Origin: a virus
Reading direction: 5' to 3' (one strand)
Virus record (IMG/VR): IMGVR_UViG_3300005805_000042
Length of the DNA stretch: 64,000 bases
Shown: positions 1 through 10,519 of the stretch, piece by piece
Layout of the letters: each line of letters opens with the position of its first letter
Position numbering within the stretch: the first letter of the stretch is position 1
Position numbers and translations under genes: made by a program
The notes under the pieces: generated by a model
What the model was told of the DNA's origin: nothing
Database searches by the model: none
Seen by the model: only the letters and a program-made list of their open reading frames with translations

Positions 1-497
1 TCATCGATAGCATAATAACCCAAATTTTCAGGTTTTTCCAATTCAATTACTAAATCATATACACTTTGGTCATACAAAATCATATTAGTAGCAAAAATAC
101 CACGATGATGCTCTTCCTTTGGTGGCAGATTAGTAATATCCAATAACAAAGGGTATTTTTCACTACGATTGACAGGTCTATTTAGCGTAGGTGATAAATT
201 CATAATTCCAAATTGCAAATCAACAATTGATGGGTTTATTTGCTCTATTAATGATTTTGCATAAGGCATTATTGTACAATCATCCTCAATAATTAAAACA
301 CATTCTAAATTCAACTTCTTAGCTATTTTCAGGATATCTATATGAGAACGTGAACATCCTACATGACTGTTCGTATCAACAGCACTAAATCTTTCAAACT
401 CCCAACCAATATAATCCATTTCTAATTCTATTGATTTCATTCTATCAGACCTTCTATCAAGATTTACAATAAATTTTTTTACGTTATTAAGGTTCAT
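1..497 (-). CDS. Glycosyltransferase family 25, runs off window edge (not in ORF track)
   Basis: Manual translation from ATG at 497: MNLNNVKKFIVNLDRRSDRM...VGCSRSHIDIL...LIIEDD; no stop before position 1; GT25 motifs (INL..R.DR, GC..SH, EDD). Confidence 0.85.
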   Translation of the reverse strand, partial: MNLNNVKKFIVNLDRRSDRMKSIELEMDYIGWEFERFSAVDTNSHVGCSRSHIDILKIAKKLNLECVLIIEDDCTIMPYAKSLIEQINPSIVDLQFGIMNLSPTLNRPVNRSEKYPLLLDITNLPPKEEHHRGIFATNMILYDQSVYDLVIELEKPENLGYYAID

Positions 498-505
498 AGT
501 TTTAA

Positions 506-1240
506 TTAATTTTCTGTTGGGAAATTTTTCATGTTTCGAAGTCGATTCATATAGGAGTAGTCAGACATCTTATTCAAAATGTTGGAATAAGAGGGTCTTT
601 GATTAAATAGTTGTGGATAATGAAAATAAATCCTTAAATTATGTTTTAGTATTTCTTTTACCCCTTTCACACAGTTATCCATTTTCCAATGCTTTTTCAA
701 AGCTAGAACGCTGTAGTAACTATCGATTTGTTCGCCATAAACTACTAAGTCTTTGTCTAAATAGTTGAAATTATTAACAACATATTCAGCGAACTTAAGA
801 GAGGAAAGATATGCTGTTGTTTGAACAAATTTGTTTGGTTTGATTAAATTATTACTAACTAATTCAGCTGGCTCTAAAAGACAAGCACCCAAAAATAATA
901 AATCAAAATCTGTTGGATAAATCCCAACTAGCATTTCATTTGTAAGATTACGATTCAAATTGTCACAAATATCAAGATAAAAGTCATCTTCAAAAATAAT
1001 TACTTTTTCCCATTTGTTTTCGACCTGCATTCTTAGAATTTCCATGTGACTATGCGTACAACCACGAATAACCCAACCGGAATCACTATCTTCAGTAATT
1101 TTTATTGCGTCAAATCGCTCGACCCCAACAATGTTGTTCTTTTCGAATTCTTGAAGGGATTGGCTTAACCTATCTTCTCTTTCTTTGAGATTGATTAAAA
1201 AACCTTTATCGGCAATTTTGATATTGTTCCAAGTGACCAT
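506..1240 (-). CDS. Glycosyltransferase family 25
   Basis: FLINLKEREDRL, RGCTHSHMEIL, IIFEDD motifs. Confidence 0.85.
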   Translation of the reverse strand: MVTWNNIKIADKGFLINLKEREDRLSQSLQEFEKNNIVGVERFDAIKITEDSDSGWVIRGCTHSHMEILRMQVENKWEKVIIFEDDFYLDICDNLNRNLTNEMLVGIYPTDFDLLFLGACLLEPAELVSNNLIKPNKFVQTTAYLSSLKFAEYVVNNFNYLDKDLVVYGEQIDSYYSVLALKKHWKMDNCVKGVKEILKHNLRIYFHYPQLFNQRPSYSNILNKMSDYSYMNRLRNMKNFPTEN

Positions 1241-1243
1241 GAA

Positions 1244-2491
1244 TTACAAGTTTCCTGTTAAACGGTCACACCATCCTTTAGATTCAGAGTGGGGCCAAAC
1301 AACCCAATAAGCAGGTTTTTGAGTAGTTTGAAAATCTCTCCAAATTTTACAATATTTGTCAGGGTCATTCATCATTCTCGAAATCTCAGCTTTGTCCGCA
1401 TCTTTTCTAAACAATGTCGAATCATCCGAACCGTGAAAGGCAACAACCCAAAAATCATAGTCTTTTTCAGGTACACTAGCATAATTTACATCAATACAAT
1501 GTTTGAAGACTTGGGCAAAATCTTTTTTCCAATCTTCCTCAGTTTCATAGTTGTATGGATTAGGTGGGTAATTTTTATCTAAGGTATATTGTTGAACGGC
1601 ACGATTTTCAAACAACAGTCCAGAATATTTTTCATAATCCTTTAAAGTTCTTTCCGTTCCAAATCCAAAAGGTCCATCGTGACCCTCTTGAGTTTCACCA
1701 TCCATACCAAATAATTTTCTATTTGTAAGGTGAGACTTGTTGTTTTTATCAACCCACTGCTTGTCATCATCCCATTGTTTGGTCCTTCCCTTACGAGTGT
1801 ACTCGTGCCAAATAAGAACTTTATGGGGGTGAAACAAATCATAACCCCAAGTATATGCTCTTGCGGCAATTGAGATTTCCTCACCATGAAAATAATATTC
1901 AGGATTGTGTTGAACCTCCTTTGAGAATTGCCCAAGAGTGAACGCGTAATGCGCAGAATAAAATCTTGCGGTAACAGGTTCTTTCATATCTCTCCACCCT
2001 GGAATTGTTTCAGGAAGAAAAAATACAGCACCCTCGGGAATAAATCTATCAAACACCATTCTCCATGGTTCTTGAACTCTACCAGCTGGGTCGTTCTCAG
2101 GGTCAAATGATGAAACATATCCTGTTAACAAAGGCTTCTTATGTCCTTTCTTTTGTAGTTGTTTAACCATCTTAATCATTTCATCGTCCCAATTGGGTGC
2201 AAATCTCATGTGAGAATCAATTTGCATAGTGTACTCCTCACCCTCGTAAACTTGTTGAGTTAAATTTCTTGCCCAACAAACACCTTTAGACTCTTCGTAT
2301 GGAATATCTAAAATTCTAAAACGCTTATCATTTTTATATTCTGTTAAATCATCAAATTTATCCTCAGGATTAAATTGCCTTGCAATACCAAATCTGAGAT
2401 TCTTTGGCCTTTTTGCATTTGCAATCATATCCTTTAGAGTGCTGACAAGTTGGGGGTCTCTATAAGAGGCTATTTGAACAAATATTTTCAT
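1244..2491 (-). CDS. GT60-family (Gnt1/Gnt2-like) GlcNAc transferase with extra ~90 aa C-terminal domain
   Basis: IFVQIASYRD, GVCWARN, QIDSHMRF, HGEEISIAARAYTWGYD motifs typical of GT60; no signal peptide or TM segment. Confidence 0.85.
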   Translation of the reverse strand: MKIFVQIASYRDPQLVSTLKDMIANAKRPKNLRFGIARQFNPEDKFDDLTEYKNDKRFRILDIPYEESKGVCWARNLTQQVYEGEEYTMQIDSHMRFAPNWDDEMIKMVKQLQKKGHKKPLLTGYVSSFDPENDPAGRVQEPWRMVFDRFIPEGAVFFLPETIPGWRDMKEPVTARFYSAHYAFTLGQFSKEVQHNPEYYFHGEEISIAARAYTWGYDLFHPHKVLIWHEYTRKGRTKQWDDDKQWVDKNNKSHLTNRKLFGMDGETQEGHDGPFGFGTERTLKDYEKYSGLLFENRAVQQYTLDKNYPPNPYNYETEEDWKKDFAQVFKHCIDVNYASVPEKDYDFWVVAFHGSDDSTLFRKDADKAEISRMMNDPDKYCKIWRDFQTTQKPAYWVVWPHSESKGWCDRLTGNL

Positions 2492-2550
2492 TAAATAAAT
2501 TTTTAATAAAAATAAACATAAGGATAATAAACTGAATATTCCCTTAAAAC

Positions 2551-2580
2551 AAAAAACCCCTCACAAAAGAGGGGGGTTTT
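2551..2580 (-). terminator. Intrinsic terminator after the Thr/Pro-rich gene block
   Basis: Minus strand CCCCTC-TTTTGT-GAGGGG followed by T6. Confidence 0.75.
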
Positions 2581-2594
2581 ACTGTTTTAATATT

Positions 2595-3575
2595 TTAAAT
2601 TACCTGAAAATTAATGGTTTCTGAAGCACCTGACGCACCCCATTGAATCAAATAAGGACCACCGGGTACGGTAACTCCCAATGTTGCCAAAGTTGTTGCC
2701 GTAAATGTTCCAGTACCATTGAGAGCTCCTCCAACATATCCCAGAGGGACCACCAAATTACCGAATCCATCTATCCCGAAATTATTACCTGTTGAAATAT
2801 CTGCATTTATAGGTAGAAAACCACTTCCAAATGGTATTGGATTAAAAGTAGAACCTGAGTAGGTGCTGTAGTTACCTCCACTTCCCACACTAAATTGTCC
2901 CGTACTCGGTCTAATACCTGAACCAAAACCACTGAATGAATCTACGAAATTCAATGAAGACAGGTCTGCAGTACCTGTTCCTGATAAAACAACATCAGGT
3001 GCCACTTCTTGTATTGTAAAGAATAGACCTTGAATAGTTGGTGTTGCGGAAGGTGTTGGTGTCAATGTCGTTGTTGTGGTCGGAGTCGATGTTACAGTTG
3101 GGGTGTTGGTTGGGGTTTCTGTGGTAGTAGGTGTTGGAGTTTCTGTATTAGTTGGTGTTGGAGTGTTGGTTGGAGTTTCTGTATTAGTTGGTGTTGGAGT
3201 GTTGGTTGGGGTTTCTGTGTTAGTAGGTGTCGGAGTTTCTGTATTTGTTGGTGTTGCTGTCAAAGAAGCGGTTAAACTTACGGTTGGAGTATTAGATGGT
3301 GTTAATGATGGCGTGGGTGTGGGCGTTGGTGTTACATTCCCCGTTCCACTAACAGATGGTGTTGGTGGTATTACAAAAGGAAAATCACCCAAATCATCAA
3401 CACTAATTACACTTGATGATGCGGTACTATAAGTTCCTGTTATTAACCAAACATTTAATGTTGTGTTTGGCTCGATTAAAATATTATAGTTCCACATCTG
3501 ATTGGAACATTCCTGATATGAAAACACCCCATTAGAGCTGGTTGTGTTGGTTAAAATATATTTTCTACAAGCCAT
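2595..3575 (-). CDS. Thr/Pro-rich (mucin-like stalk) putative virion decoration protein
   Basis: ~110 aa PTPT/PTNT/TETP repeat between a Cys-containing N-terminal domain and a Gly/Ser/Thr-rich beta-type C-terminal domain; late-type motif variant upstream. Confidence 0.65.
   Translation of the reverse strand: MACRKYILTNTTSSNGVFSYQECSNQMWNYNILIEPNTTLNVWLITGTYSTASSSVISVDDLGDFPFVIPPTPSVSGTGNVTPTPTPTPSLTPSNTPTVSLTASLTATPTNTETPTPTNTETPTNTPTPTNTETPTNTPTPTNTETPTPTTTETPTNTPTVTSTPTTTTTLTPTPSATPTIQGLFFTIQEVAPDVVLSGTGTADLSSLNFVDSFSGFGSGIRPSTGQFSVGSGGNYSTYSGSTFNPIPFGSGFLPINADISTGNNFGIDGFGNLVVPLGYVGGALNGTGTFTATTLATLGVTVPGGPYLIQWGASGASETINFQVI
3040..3370 (-). repeat. Coding low-complexity tandem repeat ([10 protein letters not shown]), including an exact 36-bp duplication
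   Basis: GGAGTTTCTGTATTAGTTGGTGTTGGAGTGTTGGTT is identical at 3136-3171 and 3172-3207. Confidence 0.9.
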
Positions 3576-3622
3576 AATTTATGATTATAAAAGTAAATAT
3601 CTAAGATTTACAATTAGACCTA

Positions 3623-4189
3623 TTAACACGTACCAGTATTAATAATTAATGTGCCACTAATTTGGATAATTTTTACACCATCAGAAATTGTGAAGTTTGC
3701 ACCTATTGGTGGTATCGTCAATTCTCGGTTACCGTAAACATTGTCACCCACAGTTAATTGTCTAAAAGGTTTGGTTGAATACAATGTCACATTTGACGGA
3801 AACCCCCCGAATTGATTTATTTGCTGACATACATCCTGAAAATAACCACCAGTTTTTAAGTTTTGAATATAAACAGGTGAAGGAGTTACTGATGGTGTTA
3901 CTGTATTTGTTGGTGTTGGTGTTTGAGTTATTGGTGTGGAAGTCAAGCTTACCGTTGGTGTAACAGTTGGTGTTATAGAAGGTGTTGGTGTTGCAGATGG
4001 ACATGGTCCCAAATCATCAATTGTCAGAGGTGCACCATATAATTCAACAGTGATTAATTCAGCACATAGGGTTTCAGAAAATAGAGGTGATATTTGAGTT
4101 ATGTTTACACTACCAGTACAACCGGTCCATTTATAGTAACCATCTTGTACGGAATTATAATTTGTTATTCTGTAGTATAAACAAGACAT
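3623..4189 (-). CDS. Thr/Pro-rich putative virion protein
   Basis: Central PTPSITPTVTPTVS...[15 protein letters not shown] linker, Cys-containing flanks. Confidence 0.6.
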   Translation of the reverse strand: MSCLYYRITNYNSVQDGYYKWTGCTGSVNITQISPLFSETLCAELITVELYGAPLTIDDLGPCPSATPTPSITPTVTPTVSLTSTPITQTPTPTNTVTPSVTPSPVYIQNLKTGGYFQDVCQQINQFGGFPSNVTLYSTKPFRQLTVGDNVYGNRELTIPPIGANFTISDGVKIIQISGTLIINTGTC

Positions 4190-4201
4190 ATTTCAACTAA
4201 A

Positions 4202-4834
4202 TTAAAATGTCTTGTTCAAAACAAATAAATCACTGTAGATATAGTTCAATGGGGCGATAGTTTCAAATTGAACCGTTATATCCAATGTGTTTGATATCGT
4301 GGTGTCAAAATCAACATTATTTGTTGTTTGGAAAGCGGTTCCATATACTTGTCCATTACCTTTAACTACTTGAAAATTACCGTGAGTGGAAATCGACGCG
4401 ACTGTGGGACCACCTATACTACGAATGGTAAAAAAAACACTCATAAACCAATTATCACCACCTGCTGAAGGGTTAAAAGCACCACTTGTTGCAAGTATAA
4501 CAGAACCTGACTTAAGTCTTATTGTAATATCATCGTTAGTATTATCCAAAACACCTCCCATAATAAGTTGAAAACTATCACCAACAGAAAATCCATTTGC
4601 GGGAACATTTAATGTACCAACACCATTACCAATTATTGTTGTCTCAGAAGTTGTCCCACTTACTGTAACACTGTTACCAGTTTGGGAAAAGAGACCATAA
4701 ACTTGAGGATATGGGTTTAGAGAACCTTGTTTCACTCTGTATGTTGTACCGGATTGTGCAACAGCAAATTCCGCATCAGAAGTTATTCCTGAAGATAATA
4801 ACTCGGGAAGTTGGGAAATGGGTAAATTTGGCAT
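4202..4834 (-). CDS. Putative virion/fibre-associated protein
   Basis: N-terminal MPNLPISQLPEL...AVAQSGTTYRV resembles fibre attachment motifs; beta-rich, S/T/G-rich; TATTTATA 7 nt upstream. Confidence 0.55.
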   Translation of the reverse strand: MPNLPISQLPELLSSGITSDAEFAVAQSGTTYRVKQGSLNPYPQVYGLFSQTGNSVTVSGTTSETTIIGNGVGTLNVPANGFSVGDSFQLIMGGVLDNTNDDITIRLKSGSVILATSGAFNPSAGGDNWFMSVFFTIRSIGGPTVASISTHGNFQVVKGNGQVYGTAFQTTNNVDFDTTISNTLDITVQFETIAPLNYIYSDLFVLNKTF

Positions 4835-4860
4835 TTTATTTTATAAATAAATATATTGTT

Positions 4861-7800
4861 TTATAATCCGTATTTTGATTTATCGGCATTGAAGTTTTGT
4901 AATATTTGAGATGGTGTTAGTGATGTGCTATACATTCTTATAATTCCAACGGTTCCCTTAAATGGAACTTGTAAATTACCAGTAGTTGCCGCTACTCTAC
5001 CCGCAATACCAACAGGACTTGTATTACTTACTTGGTTAACACCAACTAAACTTGTTGTTCCGCCAGAAATACCATTTCGGTAAACCGTCAATGTGTCAGT
5101 TACAAAATCAAAGACTGCTACTAGTTGTACCCAAGTATCCACAGAAAATCCGGTCAAACTAACCGAAGGGAAATTACTTCCATCATAAGCGGCGACTAAC
5201 ATGCTACTCGCACCTTCATTAAATCTAATTGTGTAAGGATATCTTGATTCGTTATTTAAATTCCACTTTTCCAATAGTTCTGCTTCACCTGAGTTTGGTT
5301 GACCGTTTGAAGGGTTAAACCATATTTCAACCGTATATTGTTGGGTATTTGTAAAGTTTGTCACCCCGTCCACACTCGGTATTCTACCATAAGATGATGT
5401 TCCGTTAAATGTAAATCCACTTAATGCGTTGTAAGTTGGACTACCCGATAAAGTGGCATCTGTACTACCCACAGTTGTATCCCAAACAGTTCCTGAACCA
5501 ACATAACTACTTGGTAATAACTGTAGTTGTAAGTTTGATGTTACAATGTTAGGTGTTACTGATGGTGTAGGTGTAATAGTATTAGTTGGTGTTATTGTAT
5601 TTGTTGGAGTAACCGTAGGTGTTGATGTTGATGTAGGGGTGGGTGTTGGTTCAACAAATCTTGGTGCCAAGAAATTATATTGTTGTGTGATTTCAGAAAG
5701 CGACAATTGTCTATTGTAGAAATACATGTTGGCAACATGTCCCCAAGGCTGAGGAACAATATCATTATTACCCCATCCCCAATGTGTAGTTCCACCAGCA
5801 CCCTCATTGATTGTACTTCCCACCTGTGAACCATTTATGTAGAATGTTTGAGACGAGTTTGTCCCTACTACTGCATATTGAACCCAAACACTTGTTTCAC
5901 CTGATAAATCATACCCTGAACTTACGAATCCTGTTGCCCAATATCCTAATGTATTTGTTCCATCAGGTATTGTGATTGGTGTGATTTTAGGAGGTCCTTT
6001 TGTATAAAGCACTGTTCTAAATCCAGCATTACTAGATATCAATCTTGCCCAAGTAATATATGTGTATCCTGAATTTGGTAATAAAGGTCCTGTTGCATTG
6101 TAATCAACTCTATTAGTCCCTGTAGTACAATCAAAACATTTTATACCGTTAAGAACTGTGTAAGTTGCACCGATTAATGTGTGATTATACCCCCCTGTTA
6201 TATCATAAACTGTTGTACCTGTTCCAGGATAACTTGAGTTCTCGTACGCGTCAAGTTGTATAATTAATCCAGATGTAACCAAACTTGGTGTTGACGATGG
6301 TGTCAGTGTATTTGTTGGTGTTTGAGTATTTGTTGGTGTTTGAGTAATAGTGGGTGTATTAGTTGGTGTTGTAGTTTGTGTAGGAGTTGGTGTTGGTTGA
6401 ATTGGCTCTATCAAAATACCACTCTCATCTTCTTGGAGAATCATGAAATAGTTTTCTTGAAGAAGAAACCCTTCGTCAGGAAGTGTTGGTGTGACTGTTG
6501 GTGTTGGTGTGTTTGTTGGAGTACCCGTAGTTGTTTCAGAAGGAGTGTTCGTTGGGGTTTGTGTTGCTGTCGGCGTTTGAGTTTCCGTTGCTGTTGGAGT
6601 TAAACCAACAGTTGCTGTTGGAGTTGGTGTACTTGTTGGTGTTTCGGTTGGCGTATTTGTTGGTGTATCCGATGGAGTATTTGTAGGAGTTTCGGTTGGG
6701 GTGTTTGTAGGGCTATCCGAGGGGGTATTTGTTGGAGTTTCAGATGGAGTGTTAGTTGGTGTTTCAGTAGGCGTATTTGTGGGAGTTTCACTTGGAGTAT
6801 TTGTGGGAGTTTCAGTTGGGGTATTAGTTGGTGTCTCTGTATTGGTTGGAGTGTTTGTCGGAGTCTCTGTTGGAGTATTTGTTGGTGTTTCAGTGTTAGT
6901 TGGGGTAGGTGTATTGGTTGGGGTTTCCGTATTTGTTTGAGACGGAGTGTTAGTAGGTGTTTCTGTGTTGGTCGGAGTTACCGTAGGTGTTACGGTTGGA
7001 CTTGGAGTTGGTGGTATAATAACGAAACAATCAGGACAATCCGGGTCTAATAAATCATATTTGTTTTTTAGAATCCTAAAATTGTGTTTTACCTCAGAAG
7101 CATCTAAAGGTTCTACATACATCCTAAAGGAACTAATTTCACCAATAAAACTTCCACCAAAAACTTCTTCAAGAAATATGTTTGTTGTAAGTCCAGAATA
7201 TATGGTATTATCTAAATCTTCGGTAGTTAAACACTCGGGGTCTTGTTGGTATGTAATACCTGAGAGTTCTGCGGGACAACCCCCTGAGAAAGTTAAATTA
7301 TCTTTTAATCCTTGAGTACCACCCCCCACTGAAATATTAAAGGGTACACCAACCTGTCTTTCTTTAAAGGTATTAAGAGGTCTTGGAATTATTTCCTCAA
7401 AATCCTCACAAACCATAAAGAGTCTACCATTGACAAAAATCTTTAAAGTTCCGAGTCTGAACTCTCTCTGTTGTAACCAAAGGTCATCGATATAAACTTG
7501 AGTGGTTTTTGCCGGAGTATAACCCGAATAACCCTCCTCGTGGGTTATTGGTGGCATAACCAAACTCACACTATTATTGGCGGAAGTTGCGGTAAAGACC
7601 TGTTCAACAATTTGACTTAATCCACCCAGATAATCTAAATCTTTACAATCAAAATACACATTTCTTTCGAAGACAGCATCAATCTGTACCCAATGTTCAA
7701 TTTCACTATATTGAGTAAAACGACAGTCATCAAATATTCCTTTAGTTGAACACCATTCAACTGTTGTCACCCCTGTTACAAAACTTGTTCCTGTTAAACA

Positions 7801-8883
7801 AGTTCCTGATGGAATACAACTTCCAGTAATCAAATATTCTTTAACACAAATTCTTGGATTACCAGTGTCACCACTAAACCTAATTGACATTGCGTTTGAC
7901 ACACCATCATACAAGGGGTCCAATTCTTTAACTGACGCTTCTGTTGAACAACTACAAGGACAACCACAAGTACAATTCGATGATGTCACACCCGAGGGTT
8001 GATATACGGGAATACAGTCAGCACCTGTCCCCCCCGTTATAGAACATCCACAAGTGTGCATACATGTGAGACCTGAGGTCACTCTCGTGTAACCAGTATC
8101 TGAAGATGGACTTCCATCCGCATAGTGATAAAATTTGTTTTCGGCTCTACTTCCCATAAAAAAGAAGGTACCTTTGTTTTCAGGATAACGAGCGTTGAGT
8201 CCAATATTTGTATCCCCCGTAAATTGATATTTCAACAACATCTCCACGGACCAACCCTCACTTACCCTTGTTGGAAACACCTCGTAATCATATCCTTCGA
8301 GTTTGTAAAAACCTTGGTAAAATCCACCTTGGAGTTTCGCAACGGTTCCAATATCTCCTCCCGTATCAACATAAGAAAGTCCATAAGAATATGAGTTATC
8401 GTTCCATAATCTATTTTCAGATGTTGTATTACCTGAGATAGGGTGCATCTTAAACCTTCGGTCATAAACATATCTGTTATATGTGTCGGCAGTTGTGGTA
8501 TAAAGACCTGTATATGCCGTCATGGTAATACCTGACATTTCAGTGGTCAAACCATTGTCAATACCTGTTAAACCTACATCACAAATTTCGGTGGTTACAG
8601 GACAGAAGTTTGGGTCAATATCTAAAGGGTTATAATAGTTTTCTGAAACAACAGTATCATAAAGAAACTGACCCACTAAGGGTGATATAGTTGTGCCTGT
8701 TGAGTTAAAATCAAAGCTAAACGGCATTCTATTGCCATCATCTTCAGCAATCAATAAAGGTGAAAAAATAACCTCTTGATTGAAGTCTCGAGCGTCGTCT
8801 GCCAAACAGAAATCTGTGATTTCATTGACAGGTTTTAACCCAATCTTCCTGTAATTGTATTGATTGATATTTTGGTATGCCAT
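4861..8883 (-). CDS. 1340 aa virion protein: Cys-rich/LamG-like N-terminal part, long Thr/Pro stalks, two C-terminal LamG (concanavalin-like) domains
   Basis: [23 protein letters not shown] and [19 protein letters not shown] domain starts; [42 protein letters not shown] LamG-like ends. Confidence 0.75.
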   Translation of the reverse strand: MAYQNINQYNYRKIGLKPVNEITDFCLADDARDFNQEVIFSPLLIAEDDGNRMPFSFDFNSTGTTISPLVGQFLYDTVVSENYYNPLDIDPNFCPVTTEICDVGLTGIDNGLTTEMSGITMTAYTGLYTTTADTYNRYVYDRRFKMHPISGNTTSENRLWNDNSYSYGLSYVDTGGDIGTVAKLQGGFYQGFYKLEGYDYEVFPTRVSEGWSVEMLLKYQFTGDTNIGLNARYPENKGTFFFMGSRAENKFYHYADGSPSSDTGYTRVTSGLTCMHTCGCSITGGTGADCIPVYQPSGVTSSNCTCGCPCSCSTEASVKELDPLYDGVSNAMSIRFSGDTGNPRICVKEYLITGSCIPSGTCLTGTSFVTGVTTVEWCSTKGIFDDCRFTQYSEIEHWVQIDAVFERNVYFDCKDLDYLGGLSQIVEQVFTATSANNSVSLVMPPITHEEGYSGYTPAKTTQVYIDDLWLQQREFRLGTLKIFVNGRLFMVCEDFEEIIPRPLNTFKERQVGVPFNISVGGGTQGLKDNLTFSGGCPAELSGITYQQDPECLTTEDLDNTIYSGLTTNIFLEEVFGGSFIGEISSFRMYVEPLDASEVKHNFRILKNKYDLLDPDCPDCFVIIPPTPSPTVTPTVTPTNTETPTNTPSQTNTETPTNTPTPTNTETPTNTPTETPTNTPTNTETPTNTPTETPTNTPSETPTNTPTETPTNTPSETPTNTPSDSPTNTPTETPTNTPSDTPTNTPTETPTSTPTPTATVGLTPTATETQTPTATQTPTNTPSETTTGTPTNTPTPTVTPTLPDEGFLLQENYFMILQEDESGILIEPIQPTPTPTQTTTPTNTPTITQTPTNTQTPTNTLTPSSTPSLVTSGLIIQLDAYENSSYPGTGTTVYDITGGYNHTLIGATYTVLNGIKCFDCTTGTNRVDYNATGPLLPNSGYTYITWARLISSNAGFRTVLYTKGPPKITPITIPDGTNTLGYWATGFVSSGYDLSGETSVWVQYAVVGTNSSQTFYINGSQVGSTINEGAGGTTHWGWGNNDIVPQPWGHVANMYFYNRQLSLSEITQQYNFLAPRFVEPTPTPTSTSTPTVTPTNTITPTNTITPTPSVTPNIVTSNLQLQLLPSSYVGSGTVWDTTVGSTDATLSGSPTYNALSGFTFNGTSSYGRIPSVDGVTNFTNTQQYTVEIWFNPSNGQPNSGEAELLEKWNLNNESRYPYTIRFNEGASSMLVAAYDGSNFPSVSLTGFSVDTWVQLVAVFDFVTDTLTVYRNGISGGTTSLVGVNQVSNTSPVGIAGRVAATTGNLQVPFKGTVGIIRMYSTSLTPSQILQNFNADKSKYGL
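5555..7010 (-). repeat. Three Thr/Pro coding repeat tracts (approx. 5555-5650, 6290-6395, 6485-7010)
   Basis: Degenerate [16 protein letters not shown] units in the translation; codons vary between units. Confidence 0.85.
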
Positions 8884-8893
8884 AAACTATATG

Positions 8894-8921
8894 ATAAATA
8901 CCCTTCTTTTGAGTATTTATA
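8894..8921. promoter_or_regulatory. Back-to-back pair of putative late promoter motifs GTATTTAT
   Basis: ATAAATAC at 8894-8901 (GTATTTAT on minus, 10 nt from ATG 8883) and GTATTTATA at 8913-8921 (11 nt from ATG 8933). Confidence 0.65.
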
Positions 8922-8932
8922 GATAAAAAAGT

Positions 8933-9733
8933 ATGCTGAAATTAAACGAAGAATATTTCGGTTCAAATTATTACTTTCTTCTTCGAGAAAAGAAGGACGG
9001 TGGACATCTATGGTTTTCGGTTGCAAAGACAATCACCGAGGCTAGGAAGAAAGATGATTACATCAAAGTGCCAAAAGAGAAAATCGAAAAACTAAAAAAT
9101 CATTTAAATAAATTGATTAAAAGTAAAACGAAAAAGTCCCCCAAAGAAATTAAAGGTGAAATTGAAGAACTTGTGAATTCAGATGGAACTCTATCTAATT
9201 CTAATGTCCCAATCTTGGACCCTCGTTTACACCCAAGAAAAACTATGGACCAAACCGTTCAAGCAACAACACAACCAGGTAATTACTTGGCATGGTCTTA
9301 CAGGGGAGGTAAAACATACTATTCTGAATCAGAGGTAAAAGAAGAAGATATGTCTGCAGCTTTTGGGTATGAAGAAACAAAAGATATGACACCTGAGGAA
9401 ACAATTAAAACTCTCGAAAAAATGGGTGTGGAAAATCCTGTTGAAAGAGCAATTGAATTTGGAAAAGACCCAAAAATTTCTCAGGAGAACAAAAAAAAGG
9501 GTAGCGATATGAAAATTCGTCTTCAAGAAAAAGAAATTTTCAGACGAATTCAAAAAGAGCAAATGGCAAAAATTATCGAAGATATTTTGGTTAATAAGAA
9601 AAATAAAAAAGATATTGTCGATAAAAAAAAAGGTAGAGAAGTTTTTACTAAATCTGAGATTATTGATTTAATCAAAAAAAACGAACCCACTGATAATATT
9701 GATAAAGTAATTAAATCATCTCGTGAACAGTAA
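8933..9733 (+). CDS. Hypothetical charged protein, likely internal head protein
   Basis: Late motif upstream; several (I/L/V)xE sites (LNE, ITE, VKE, LQE); Lys-rich. Confidence 0.5.
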   Translation: MLKLNEEYFGSNYYFLLREKKDGGHLWFSVAKTITEARKKDDYIKVPKEKIEKLKNHLNKLIKSKTKKSPKEIKGEIEELVNSDGTLSNSNVPILDPRLHPRKTMDQTVQATTQPGNYLAWSYRGGKTYYSESEVKEEDMSAAFGYEETKDMTPEETIKTLEKMGVENPVERAIEFGKDPKISQENKKKGSDMKIRLQEKEIFRRIQKEQMAKIIEDILVNKKNKKDIVDKKKGREVFTKSEIIDLIKKNEPTDNIDKVIKSSREQ

Positions 9734-10211
9734 TCTCTATAATTCAAGTATTGGTGAAGTGTTAATTCCAAAAGAAATTAAACAACACCTTGTAAATTCT
9801 TTTGCCCAATCAGAAGGTGCCACTACAAACACTGAAGGATTCAGAAGAAATCAAGAATTACAAGGACAAGAAAAAATTACTTACAAACAACTCAAAAGAA
9901 TTAAAAACTTTTTTGATAACTATAAAGGTAAACCTACTGAATTACCTTTTATTTTGAATGGCGGTGTTCTGATGAAAAACTGGGTAAACAATACCCTTTC
10001 AAGTATGAGAAATAATACTCAGAATAACCAAGAAGATACGGCACCCGAAGACTCAAAAGTCAATTCAAGTGACCTAAAAAATAATGTAAAAGACTTGGTG
10101 AGACCATCAAAAGAACACAAACGAACCTCCCAAAAACATGCCTCAGCAACCTACGAACAAACAGTTGTTGAGAGTCTAAAAAGAATAAATGAATTAATCT
10201 CTAAAATCTAA
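9723..10211 (+). CDS. Hypothetical protein
   Basis: Tightly packed ORF; C-terminal VVESLKRINELISKI motif. Confidence 0.6.
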   Translation: MNSNLYNSSIGEVLIPKEIKQHLVNSFAQSEGATTNTEGFRRNQELQGQEKITYKQLKRIKNFFDNYKGKPTELPFILNGGVLMKNWVNNTLSSMRNNTQNNQEDTAPEDSKVNSSDLKNNVKDLVRPSKEHKRTSQKHASATYEQTVVESLKRINELISKI

Positions 10212-10519
10212 TGCCCGCTAACAACCCCAAGGTTTTCGAACCTTTAGACTTGAATCAAACTGAACAAAATAACTTAACGGCAATTGCTGAAATCGAAAGA
10301 AAACGATTAATTACCCGTAATGACTTTAAACAAGGTGCCGATGAATATGGTGTAACCAATTCACAGGCTCTTGCCGATGGTGATGATATGGGTAGAGGAA
10401 CCGGTGTTTTCTTGGATGTTTACAACGATGCCGCAGGTACCAGTGTTGATATCTTTGAAAGAAAAGACGATATCAAAATTAACAAATACAATAGATTTAA
10501 AACTTACCCTAACTTCTAA
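10211..10519 (+). CDS. Hypothetical protein
   Basis: Overlapping stop/start (TAATG) with both neighbours. Confidence 0.6.
   Translation: MPANNPKVFEPLDLNQTEQNNLTAIAEIERKRLITRNDFKQGADEYGVTNSQALADGDDMGRGTGVFLDVYNDAAGTSVDIFERKDDIKINKYNRFKTYPNF

Noticed and set aside
3040-7010. Repeats as a possible CRISPR array
   Set aside because: Units are in-frame, codon-degenerate and have no unique spacers; no cas genes in the window
3030-7315. Val/Gly-rich or Cys/Trp-rich plus-strand ORFs (3030, 3076, 6322, 6701, 6947; also 54891)
   Set aside because: They are antisense shadows of the Thr/Pro repeat codons (ACN/CCN read backwards), with no independent start context
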